Shown: positions 48,396 through 56,794 of the stretch, in pieces
Numbering within the stretch: position 1 is the stretch's first letter
Layout of the letters: every line of letters begins with the position of its first letter
NCBI GenBank assembly: GCA_029100545.1
Contig: JAQXPH010000016.1
Coordinates: 10,008-74,007 of the forward strand
Direction of reading: 5' to 3'
Length of the DNA: 64,000 bases
Origin: a bacterium
GTDB lineage: Bacteria > Bacillota_I > Bacilli_A > RF39 > UBA660
Made by a program: the position numbers and the translations under genes
The notes under the pieces: model-generated
Seen by the model: only the letters and a program-made list of their open reading frames with translations
What the model was told of the DNA's origin: nothing
Database searches by the model: none

Positions 48396-49187
48396 ATGTA
48401 TTATGAAATATTTATACTTGGTGTTATTATTTTTGGAATAATGTTTGCTACTGGTCAGATAAGCTTTAGTAAATTAATTAGTGATAATGAAGTATTATTT
48501 AGAAAACTTAAAGAAAGTGATTGGGACTTTTATGTAAAAGCCAAATATGGTAATGCTGTAAATCCAGATATTTTATTTAATAAAAGAATAAGAAATGGTT
48601 TAATTGCAATGCTAGTTGCATTTTTCTGGGGACTTACGAGTGGACTTTCAGCAATAAAAATTGTTATTGTTGTGGCAGCGGGATATTTTACTTTTAAAAT
48701 TACATATAGTGATTTAAAAAATTATTATAAAAAACATATTTTTGAAATAGATCAATTATTGCCACATTATTTAAAAAGTATTGAAATATTAATTCAACAC
48801 TATACAGTTCCTGTTGCAATAGGTAAATCAATAAATGATGCTCCAGAAATATTTAAACCTGGTCTTGAAGATTTAATAAATGCTATTAATTCTGGTGATG
48901 ATACAATAAATCCATATATGGAATTTGCTAAAACGTATCCTGTACGTGATAGTATGAGAATGATGAGACTATTATTTCGTTTAAGTTTAGGACGACAAGA
49001 AAGAAAACAAGAACAGTTATTAACATTTTCAAAATCAATTTCATCATTGCAACAAAAAGCAAGAGAAACTCGTTATAAAAATCGTTTAGATAAAATGGAA
49101 AGTATGACAATGAAAATGCTTATTACAACTGGTGTTGGTGTAATGATTATTTTAATTCTTGCAGTTTTACAAATGATAAATTTATAA
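48396..49187 (+). CDS. TadC-like (T2SS-F domain) inner membrane protein
   Basis: LPHYLKSIEILIQHYTVPVAIGKSINDAPEIF...MRMMRLLFRL resembles the T2SSF consensus (LP..L..l...aG.sl..Al). TM helices at both ends. Confidence 0.55.
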   Translation: MYYEIFILGVIIFGIMFATGQISFSKLISDNEVLFRKLKESDWDFYVKAKYGNAVNPDILFNKRIRNGLIAMLVAFFWGLTSGLSAIKIVIVVAAGYFTFKITYSDLKNYYKKHIFEIDQLLPHYLKSIEILIQHYTVPVAIGKSINDAPEIFKPGLEDLINAINSGDDTINPYMEFAKTYPVRDSMRMMRLLFRLSLGRQERKQEQLLTFSKSISSLQQKARETRYKNRLDKMESMTMKMLITTGVGVMIILILAVLQMINL

Positions 49188-49261
49188 AAATGTCAAATAT
49201 ATTGATAAAAAATAAAAATATTGTTATAATAAAAATATAAGATAAAGGAGGAGTAAATTAT

Positions 49262-49507
49262 ATGAAGGAAGCTACAGGTGAATTAAGTAACACTGTTATA
49301 ACTGTTGTTGCAATAGCTGCAATATTATCATTATTTACAGTATTCTTATATCCATCATTAAAAGCAGCTATTAGAGCTAGAACTTATTGTCAATCATCAG
49401 TACAGTGTGGTGACTGTGATGGTAATAAAATGGAATGCCATTATTATAATGATGATATGTCTGTAAGTGAAGATACAATTATGTGTGATTGTGAAACAAA
49501 TGAATAA
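49262..49507 (+). CDS. Pilin-like small protein with a Cys-rich C-terminal domain (non-canonical Flp/TadE-like N-terminus)
   Basis: MKEATG/ELSNTVITVVAIAAILSLF (short charged leader ending in Gly, then a hydrophobic helix), followed by a 45-aa Cys-rich tail (7 Cys). AGGAGG Shine-Dalgarno. Confidence 0.45.
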   Translation: MKEATGELSNTVITVVAIAAILSLFTVFLYPSLKAAIRARTYCQSSVQCGDCDGNKMECHYYNDDMSVSEDTIMCDCETNE

Positions 49508-49528
49508 AGTTAATTAAAAGGAGTAGAA

Positions 49529-49750
49529 ATGAAAAATGCTACGGGAAATCTAGCAAATTTAGTTGTTGTATGTGTTTGTGTGGCTATTCTCGTAGCTTTT
49601 TTTTACTTTACATTATGGCCAATGATTAAAAATAATTATATTTCGCAAACAAGTTGTGAAAAAGCTAAATGCCTTCCAAAACCTGATCAAAATGGTATGG
49701 TAACATGTTATTTGGATGGGCAAGAGTTTTTATGTAAGTTTAAGGGGTAA
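49529..49750 (+). CDS. Pilin-like small protein paralog with a Cys-rich C-terminus
   Basis: MKNATG/NLANLVVVCVCVAILVAFFYF then a Cys-containing tail. The N-terminus is paralogous to the upstream gene (MK-ATG-L-N-V). Confidence 0.45.
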   Translation: MKNATGNLANLVVVCVCVAILVAFFYFTLWPMIKNNYISQTSCEKAKCLPKPDQNGMVTCYLDGQEFLCKFKG

Positions 49751-49753
49751 TTT

Positions 49754-50260
49754 ATGAGAGAAGGAATAGGCGGAATACAATTATTTTTAATTGTTGTAAT
49801 ATTAGTATTAATTTTTGCGGGTATTATGTCACTTACAATTAATCATTCAAATGCTTTTGCAATAAAAGATCAACTTGTCTCAATAATTGAGGATGCTGGT
49901 GGTCTAGATATTACAGCTGAATGTAGATTAGGTGATTGTAATGATGATATAAAAGATCAACAAACACTTCAAAATATTGTTGATGCTCTTGATAGTTATT
50001 CTTACCGTCAAACTGGTAATTGTGATTCAATAACTGTAAGTGATACTGCAACAATGGTTGGATATCAAAGAACTGGAGAAATTACAATGACGGGGAAAAA
50101 AAGTTCTTTTTGTATTGCAAAAATTGATGCTAATAAAGATGATGGAACATTAAGAGGGTATTACTATAAAGTTTATGTTTTTTATCAACTAGATATACCT
50201 GTATTACATTCAATTTTTAATTTTCGTTCCATTGGAGAAACAAAACTATTATATAGATAA
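49754..50260 (+). CDS. TadE-like pseudopilin candidate
   Basis: MREGIGGIQLFLIVVILVLIFAGI N-terminal helix, then a roughly 140-aa globular domain with Cys residues. Confidence 0.35.
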   Translation: MREGIGGIQLFLIVVILVLIFAGIMSLTINHSNAFAIKDQLVSIIEDAGGLDITAECRLGDCNDDIKDQQTLQNIVDALDSYSYRQTGNCDSITVSDTATMVGYQRTGEITMTGKKSSFCIAKIDANKDDGTLRGYYYKVYVFYQLDIPVLHSIFNFRSIGETKLLYR

Positions 50261-50269
50261 GGAGTGTTT

Positions 50270-51268
50270 ATGAACGTAATTATTTCAAATAAAAATCAAG
50301 CATTACTTGCAAATTTAACTATTGATGTTATTAAAACATTAAATGGTGTTTTTACTGTAGATGATTTAGCATCACAATTTAAAAATTTTTATTTTAATAA
50401 AATGATTATTGATATAACAGCACTTGATAATTATGAAGATATTAATACAATTCAAAACTTGTCAGTAGCTTTAGATATGAGCAAAGTAATTTTACTTTTA
50501 GATGATTCACCTAGAGTTAATTCACCGGTGTATTTATCTAGTTTGGTATCAATGGGCATATATAATTTTACCAAAAATGTTGATGCAATTTTATTTTTAA
50601 TAGAAAATCCTAATACATATAAAGATGTTGCAAGTTATCAAAATTTAAATTTATCAGCTGATGATATGAAATTAAATGATAATAGTGTTGATAATACAGT
50701 TGGATATATTGGTCAAAGAATAATTGGAATTAAAAATGTTACTGACCATGCTGGAGCAACAACACTTACTTATTTATTAAAAAAACATTTAGAAAAGCAA
50801 TATAAAGTAAAGGCTGTAGAGATTGATAATAGTGATATGGTTTATTTTAATGATAATAATATTGATACTAATGTTAATAGTTTTGAAGTTAGTAAATATT
50901 TAAATAATTTAAATAACAATGAAACTGAGGTTATTTTAATTGATATGAATAAAGCTGATATTGAAAAATATTGTACAGATGTTTTATATTTAATTGAACC
51001 TGGTTTAATACAACTAAATAAACTGATTAAAACTGATAAACAAATATTTAATAAATTAAAAGGTAAAAAAATTATTTTAAATCGAAGTGTATTAAATGAT
51101 ACGGATGTTAGTGATTTTGAAAAAGAGTCTGGTAGTAAAGTCTTTTATAATATGCCAAATATTGATGATAAATTAAATGATAATAAATATATAATTAAAT
51201 TATTAAAAGATTTGGGATTTACTAGAATAAATGAAAAAGAATCATTTGGATTTAGTATTTTTAGGTAA
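50270..51268 (+). CDS. TadZ/CpaE-like protein: receiver-like N-domain plus MinD/ParA-like domain with a degenerate Walker A
   Basis: AAGGAG then ATG at 50270. N-terminal roughly 120 aa with receiver-like beta-alpha pattern (VIISN...IIDITALD...VILLLDD). Then IIGIKNVTDHAGATTLTYLLKKHL in the place of KGGVGKTT, and VILIDMNKAD in the Walker-B-like position. Confidence 0.45.
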   Translation: MNVIISNKNQALLANLTIDVIKTLNGVFTVDDLASQFKNFYFNKMIIDITALDNYEDINTIQNLSVALDMSKVILLLDDSPRVNSPVYLSSLVSMGIYNFTKNVDAILFLIENPNTYKDVASYQNLNLSADDMKLNDNSVDNTVGYIGQRIIGIKNVTDHAGATTLTYLLKKHLEKQYKVKAVEIDNSDMVYFNDNNIDTNVNSFEVSKYLNNLNNNETEVILIDMNKADIEKYCTDVLYLIEPGLIQLNKLIKTDKQIFNKLKGKKIILNRSVLNDTDVSDFEKESGSKVFYNMPNIDDKLNDNKYIIKLLKDLGFTRINEKESFGFSIFR

Positions 51269-51339
51269 AATAGATGTTTAATATATTGACAGTTTTTAAA
51301 TAAAAAGGTAAAATATAAATATGTGAAGGAGTGTTATAT

Positions 51340-51666
51340 ATGTTAATTTTGGATGGTTTTTGTACAGAAACTAGTGATATTTGGATTTTTCTTGGAAAGA
51401 TCATATTTATATTAAAAATACTTATTCCTGTAATTTTACTTGTTTTAGGTATTGTTGGTCTTGCAAAAGCTGTTATTGCTGATGATGACAAAGAAATTAA
51501 GACACAAGTAGGTAAATTAGTAACAAAATTTATTGCTGCAGTATGTATTTTCTTTTTACCATCAATAGTAAAAGCTTGTTTTGGTTTAGTTGATCAATTT
51601 AGTGAAGTTGAAGAAGAATACGTAAATTGCGTAAATTATATTACTGATCCATATAATAGTAATTAA
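51340..51666 (+). CDS. Small two-TM membrane protein, paralog A
   Basis: GAAGGAG then ATG at 51340. Shares DGFCTET...IW...IPVILLVLGIVGLAKAVIADDDKEIK...KFIAAVCIFFLPSI with the downstream paralog. Confidence 0.45.
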   Translation: MLILDGFCTETSDIWIFLGKIIFILKILIPVILLVLGIVGLAKAVIADDDKEIKTQVGKLVTKFIAAVCIFFLPSIVKACFGLVDQFSEVEEEYVNCVNYITDPYNSN

Positions 51667-51692
51667 AGATGATTTATCATCTTTTTTTAGTT
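51665..51692 (+). terminator. Intrinsic terminator
   Basis: aagatgat-ttat-catctt hairpin plus a T7 run. Confidence 0.55.
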
Positions 51693-51769
51693 ATCTAGAT
51701 TGATTTTTCATTTAGATTTGTATTTTTTTATTAAATATGCTATAGTATTCTTACTGGAGGGGTAATTTT

Positions 51770-52144
51770 ATGGGTGAAATTGGAACAAGTGAAGGTTTTT
51801 GTGCAAGTACTATTACAATATGGCAAGCTTTAGGTTATGCCCTATTAATTGTTAAAATAGTTATTCCAATTGTTTTAATTATTATTGGTATTATTGCTTT
51901 AGGTAAGGCAGTTATTTCTGATGATGATAAAGAAGTTAAAAAAGGCATTAGTTCTCTTATTAAAAAATTTATTATTGCAGTATTAATATTTTTCTTACCA
52001 ACGATAATGAGCGCTATATATCCATTAATTACTGGATTTAATCAAGTAAAAAGTGATTATGATGTATGTATGGAGTGTATTACAAAACCTAAAGGAATTA
52101 ACTGTATAAGAAGAGTTGAAGAATTTAATCAAAATAATGAATAA
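51770..52144 (+). CDS. Small two-TM membrane protein, paralog B
   Basis: GGAGGGG Shine-Dalgarno. EGFCAST...IW...IPIVLIIIGIIALGKAVISDDDKEVK...KFIIAVLIFFLPTI. Confidence 0.45.
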   Translation: MGEIGTSEGFCASTITIWQALGYALLIVKIVIPIVLIIIGIIALGKAVISDDDKEVKKGISSLIKKFIIAVLIFFLPTIMSAIYPLITGFNQVKSDYDVCMECITKPKGINCIRRVEEFNQNNE

Positions 52145-52196
52145 ATCATTATTTTTTTTTTATTTTTGTGGTAAAATATTAGGGCATGGAGGAAGT

Positions 52197-54998
52197 ATGG
52201 ATAAAATAATTATAAAGGGAGCAAGAGAAAATAATTTAAAAAATATTGATTTAACTTTACCTAAAAATAAATTAATTGTAATGACTGGTGTTTCTGGCAG
52301 TGGAAAAAGTAGTCTTGCTTTTGATACAATTTATGCTGAGGGACAAAGAAGATATGTTGAAAGTTTGTCAGCTTACGCTCGTCAATTTATCGGTGGAACT
52401 GAAAAACCTGATGTAGATTCCATTGAAGGATTATCTCCATCCATAAGTATTGATCAAAAATCTACTAATAAAAATCCTCGTTCAACAGTAGGAACAATTA
52501 CTGAAATATATGATTATTTACGTCTTTTGTTTGCTAGAATTGGTATTCCATATTGTCCTATTCATAAAGAACCTATAAAAAGTCAATCTATTGAAGAAAT
52601 GACCAATAAAATAATGAGTTATGAAGGCCAAAAAATAGAAATATTATCGCCAATAATTCATGGTGAAAAAGGAATGCATGCTGAGAAAATCGAAGAAGTA
52701 AAGAAAAGTGGTTATACTCGTTTAAGAGTAAATGGAGTGTATTATAATATTGATGATGATATTCCATTAGAAAAAAATATTAAGGATAATATTGATATTG
52801 TTATTGATAAATTAACTGTTTCTTTAGAAGAAAGAAGTAGAATATTCGAAGATATTGAAGCATCTTGTAATATGGCAAGTGGCAAGGTAGTTATAATTAT
52901 TAATAACGAAGAAATTGTTATGAGTGAAAAATATGCTTGTGTTAAATGTAATTATTCTATTCCAGAACTTGAGCCAAGACTATTTTCATTTAATTCACCA
53001 TATGGAGCTTGTGAAGAATGTAAAGGCATTGGAACAAAATTAAAAATCAGTGAAGATCTAATTATGCCTGATAAAGAAAAAACATTAAATCATGGTGCTC
53101 TTTTACCAATAAATAATGATAACAATTTATATTTTAGTGCACTTAAACAAGTATGCCAAAAATATGATATTGATATGGACATTCCAGTTAAAAATATACC
53201 TAGAGAAAAACTTAATATTATATTTTATGGAACAAAAGAAAAAGTAGATTTTAAATATACTTCGAAAACTGGAAGTACAAGATTTGTAACAGATTATTAT
53301 GAAGGCGTTGTAAATTTACTTCAACGAAGATATATTGAAACAACTGCATCGTGGGTTCGTGAATGGCTTTCAAATTATATGGTTGAAAGTACATGTGAGA
53401 AATGTAAAGGTACTAGATTAAAAAAGGAAGTATTATCAATTTATATTAACAAAAAAAACATATATGATTTAACTGATATGAATTTATCAAAATTAAAAAA
53501 TTTTTTAATAGATTTAAAACTAAATGAAGAAGAAAAAAATATTAGTAATTTAGTTTTAAAAGAAATTATTAATAGATTAACATTTTTAGAAAATGTCGGC
53601 CTCAATTATTTAACATTAAATAGAAGTGCTGAAACTCTTTCTGGTGGCGAAGCACAACGAATTAGACTTGCTACACAAATTGGCAGTAAACTTTCTGGAG
53701 TTTTATATGTTTTAGATGAACCATCAATAGGACTTCATCAAAGAGATAATCAACGTCTTATAGATTCACTAAAAGAAATGCGCGATTTAGGTAATACTTT
53801 AGTAGTGGTAGAACATGATGAAGATACAATGCGTCAGTGTGACTTTTTAGTTGATATTGGTCCTGGTGCAGGTGAAAATGGTGGTAATGTTGTAGCATTT
53901 GGAACGCCTCAGGAAGTAATGGACAATCCTAATAGTTTAACAGGAAAATATTTAAATGGTACTTTAAAAATAGATGTTCCAACTTCAAGAAGAAAAGGAA
54001 ATGGTAAATTTTTAAAAATTATTGGTGCAAAAGAAAATAATTTAAAAAATATTGATATAGATATTCCCCTTAATAAATTTGTTTGTGTTACTGGAGTAAG
54101 TGGTTCAGGAAAAAGTACTTTAATTAATGAAATACTTTATAAAACACTTCAAAATTATGTTTATAAATCTAAAGTTATTCCTGGAAAATGTAAAGAAGTA
54201 AAAGGTCTTGAAAATATTGATAAAGTTGTCATGATTACTCAAGATGCAATAGGTCGAACTCCAAGAAGTAATCCATCAACTTATGTAGGAGTATTTGACG
54301 ATATTAGAGATTTATTTACTAATACTAAAGAAGCAAAAATAAAAGGTTATGATAAAGGAAAATTCTCATTTAATGTAAAAGGTGGAAGATGTGAAGCATG
54401 TCAAGGTGATGGCGTTAAAAAAATTGAAATGCATTTTTTACCAGATGTATATGTGACTTGTGATGTATGTAAAGGAAAAAGATATAATAAGGAAACATTA
54501 AGTATTACTTATAAAGGTAAAAGTATTGCTGATGTTTTAGATATGCGTGTATCTGAAGCATTAGAATTTTTCAAAAATGTTCCAAAAATTTATAATAAAC
54601 TTAAAGTTTTAAATGATGTTGGACTTTCATATATTAAGTTAGGTCAAAGTGCACCTACACTTTCTGGTGGTGAAGCTGGAAGAGTAAAACTTTCAAAAGA
54701 ACTTCAGAAAAAAGCAACAGGAAAAAGTATATTTATTCTTGATGAACCTACTACAGGACTTCATACAGATGATATAAAAAAACTTTTAACAATACTTAAT
54801 AATATTGTTGATAATGGGGATACAGTTATTGTTATTGAACACAATTTAGATGTCATTAAGGTTGCTGATTATATCATAGATTTAGGCCCTGAAGGTGGCG
54901 ATGATGGTGGAAAAATTGTTGCTACAGGTACTCCTGAAGAAGTTGCAAAAATAAAAAAATCATATACAGGTTATTATTTAAATAAAATATTAAAATAA
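52197..54998 (+). CDS. uvrA: Excinuclease ABC subunit A
   Basis: Two ABC modules (GVSGSGKSSLAFDTIYAEGQRRYVESLS; LSGGEAQRIRLAT; second GVSGSGKSTLINE; LSGGEAGRVKLSKEL). Zinc-finger Cys pairs (CVKCNYS...CEEC; CEACQGDG...CDVC). GGAGGAAGT then ATG at 52197. Confidence 0.95.
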   Translation: MDKIIIKGARENNLKNIDLTLPKNKLIVMTGVSGSGKSSLAFDTIYAEGQRRYVESLSAYARQFIGGTEKPDVDSIEGLSPSISIDQKSTNKNPRSTVGTITEIYDYLRLLFARIGIPYCPIHKEPIKSQSIEEMTNKIMSYEGQKIEILSPIIHGEKGMHAEKIEEVKKSGYTRLRVNGVYYNIDDDIPLEKNIKDNIDIVIDKLTVSLEERSRIFEDIEASCNMASGKVVIIINNEEIVMSEKYACVKCNYSIPELEPRLFSFNSPYGACEECKGIGTKLKISEDLIMPDKEKTLNHGALLPINNDNNLYFSALKQVCQKYDIDMDIPVKNIPREKLNIIFYGTKEKVDFKYTSKTGSTRFVTDYYEGVVNLLQRRYIETTASWVREWLSNYMVESTCEKCKGTRLKKEVLSIYINKKNIYDLTDMNLSKLKNFLIDLKLNEEEKNISNLVLKEIINRLTFLENVGLNYLTLNRSAETLSGGEAQRIRLATQIGSKLSGVLYVLDEPSIGLHQRDNQRLIDSLKEMRDLGNTLVVVEHDEDTMRQCDFLVDIGPGAGENGGNVVAFGTPQEVMDNPNSLTGKYLNGTLKIDVPTSRRKGNGKFLKIIGAKENNLKNIDIDIPLNKFVCVTGVSGSGKSTLINEILYKTLQNYVYKSKVIPGKCKEVKGLENIDKVVMITQDAIGRTPRSNPSTYVGVFDDIRDLFTNTKEAKIKGYDKGKFSFNVKGGRCEACQGDGVKKIEMHFLPDVYVTCDVCKGKRYNKETLSITYKGKSIADVLDMRVSEALEFFKNVPKIYNKLKVLNDVGLSYIKLGQSAPTLSGGEAGRVKLSKELQKKATGKSIFILDEPTTGLHTDDIKKLLTILNNIVDNGDTVIVIEHNLDVIKVADYIIDLGPEGGDDGGKIVATGTPEEVAKIKKSYTGYYLNKILK

Positions 54999-55068
54999 AA
55001 TTAGTCTAATGGCTAATTTTTTTCTAAATACATAGATTTTTATTATCTTTTTTGCTATAATAATTACT

Positions 55069-55881
55069 ATGAATGAATATGTTTTTAAAATTGGTGATTT
55101 TGCTATAAGATGGTATTCACTTCTTATTTTAATTGGGGTGATTGTTGGTATTTATTTGCTTGAAAAAGAAGGAAAAAGATTTAATCTAAATAATGATTTG
55201 CTTTTTAATTTAGCTTTTTGGGCAATAACGATGGGTATACTTGGTGCAAGAATTTATTATGTTATATTTAATTTTAATTTATATAAAAATGACTTATTAT
55301 CGATATTTAGAATATGGGAAGGTGGACTTGCAATACATGGTGGATTAATTGCTGGTATTATTACAATTGCTATATTTTGTAAAAAAAATAAACTGCGTAT
55401 AATGAGAATTACTGATATGTGTATAGCACCACTTTTATTTGCTCAGGCAATCGGTAGATGGGGAAATTTTTTTAATGGGGAAGCACATGGTGCCGCTACT
55501 AGTCTTGAACATTTACAAAGTATGCATCTTCCTAATTTCATTATTGAAGGTATGAAAATATCAGGAATATATTACGAGCCTACATTTTTATATGAATCAT
55601 TACTATGTTTTATAGGCTTTATAGGAATATTAATAATAAGAAGACTTAAATATGTAAAAATTGGAACACAGACTGGACTTTATTTAATGTATTATTCAGT
55701 AATAAGATTTTTTATTGAAAGTATGCGAACTGATTCGTTAATGCTTGGTGGATTTAAAGTTGCACAAATAATATCAATTATTTTATTTATAATAGGTCTT
55801 GGTATTGTAATGTTAGTTTCGCGTAAATCTAAATTTGAAGATTTATATAATAATGTATATACAAATGAAATAAAATATTAG
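55069..55881 (+). CDS. lgt: Prolipoprotein diacylglyceryl transferase
   Basis: FKIGDFAIRWYSLLILIGVIVG N-terminus, the G(R)WGNFFNGE signature, seven TM segments, 270 aa. Confidence 0.85.
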   Translation: MNEYVFKIGDFAIRWYSLLILIGVIVGIYLLEKEGKRFNLNNDLLFNLAFWAITMGILGARIYYVIFNFNLYKNDLLSIFRIWEGGLAIHGGLIAGIITIAIFCKKNKLRIMRITDMCIAPLLFAQAIGRWGNFFNGEAHGAATSLEHLQSMHLPNFIIEGMKISGIYYEPTFLYESLLCFIGFIGILIIRRLKYVKIGTQTGLYLMYYSVIRFFIESMRTDSLMLGGFKVAQIISIILFIIGLGIVMLVSRKSKFEDLYNNVYTNEIKY

Positions 55882-55894
55882 AAAGAGGTAAAGT

Positions 55895-56785
55895 ATGTTA
55901 GATGTTATTATTATTGGAATGGGTATTGGTGGAATTACTGCAGGTATATATGCAAAAAGAGCTGGATTAAATGTTTTAATGTTTGAAAAAAGTGCTCCAG
56001 GAGGAATTTTACAAAATATTGACAAAATAACTAACTATCCTGGTTTTGAAGAAGTTGGAGGTGCACAGCTTGCAACTCATTTATTTAATCAAGTTAAAAA
56101 ACTTAATATTCCATATAAAATGGAAGAAGTAATTGATATTGAACTTAGTGATGAAAAAAAGATAGTAATTACTAAAAATGGTAGATATGAAACACAAAAT
56201 ATTATCGTTGCTACAGGTAGAATTCCTAAATACTTAGGACTAGACAATGAAAAAGATTTTTTAGGTAGAGGTATAAGTACATGTGCTACATGTGATGGCT
56301 TTTTATATAAAGGAGAAGATATTGCTGTAGTAGGTTCTGGAAATTCTGCATTACAGGAAAGTCTTCACCTTGCTAAACTGGCTAGCAAAGTATATTTACT
56401 TCATCGTGGTGTTGAATTTAAAGCTGAAGATGCTTTAGTTGAAGCGGTAAAAAATACTCCAAATATTGAAATTATTGGTGGAGTTAATATAAAGAAAATA
56501 AATGAAAAAGATGGTAAAATAGAAAGCGTACTTCTTGATAATGAAAAAGTAATTAATGTTAAAGGAGTATTTATATATATTGGTTATCGTCCAAATACAG
56601 ATTTATTTAAAAAATTTGACATAACTAATATAAATGGTGATATTATAGTAGATGAAAATTTTGAAACTGAAATTGCTGGTCTTTATGCAATTGGTGATTG
56701 TGCCAAAAAGGGTGTTTATCAGCTTGTTACAGCGGCATCTGATGGTGCTATCGCTGTATCAAATATAGAAAAATTTTCAAAGTAG
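55895..56785 (+). CDS. Thioredoxin-disulfide reductase-like flavoprotein (TrxB family)
   Basis: N-terminal FAD-binding Gly-rich segment (IIGMGIGGITAG), redox-active CATCDG, NADPH-binding GSGNSA, and the C-terminal FAD motif (GLYAIGDC). Confidence 0.75.
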   Translation: MLDVIIIGMGIGGITAGIYAKRAGLNVLMFEKSAPGGILQNIDKITNYPGFEEVGGAQLATHLFNQVKKLNIPYKMEEVIDIELSDEKKIVITKNGRYETQNIIVATGRIPKYLGLDNEKDFLGRGISTCATCDGFLYKGEDIAVVGSGNSALQESLHLAKLASKVYLLHRGVEFKAEDALVEAVKNTPNIEIIGGVNIKKINEKDGKIESVLLDNEKVINVKGVFIYIGYRPNTDLFKKFDITNINGDIIVDENFETEIAGLYAIGDCAKKGVYQLVTAASDGAIAVSNIEKFSK

Positions 56786-56794
56786 GAGGTTTAA

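Noticed and set aside
48928-49110. 60-aa minus-strand ORF inside the TadC-like gene; likewise 51261..51491, 55843..56025 and 59687..59902 on the minus strand
   Set aside because: Antisense or overlapping to better-supported plus-strand genes (TadC-like, paralog A, lgt/trxB junction, Zn-peptidase). Treated as spurious.
45552-51268. Alternative reading of the ATPase-containing cluster as a spoIIIA (sporulation feeding-tube) operon
   Set aside because: SpoIIIAA-type ATPases lead their operon and are followed by AB-AH proteins with different sizes and topologies. Here a CpaB-like protein precedes the ATPase, two T2SS-F-like membrane proteins follow, and a ParA-like TadZ-type protein is present. 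This fits Tad architecture better. Kept as a stated alternative in the finding.
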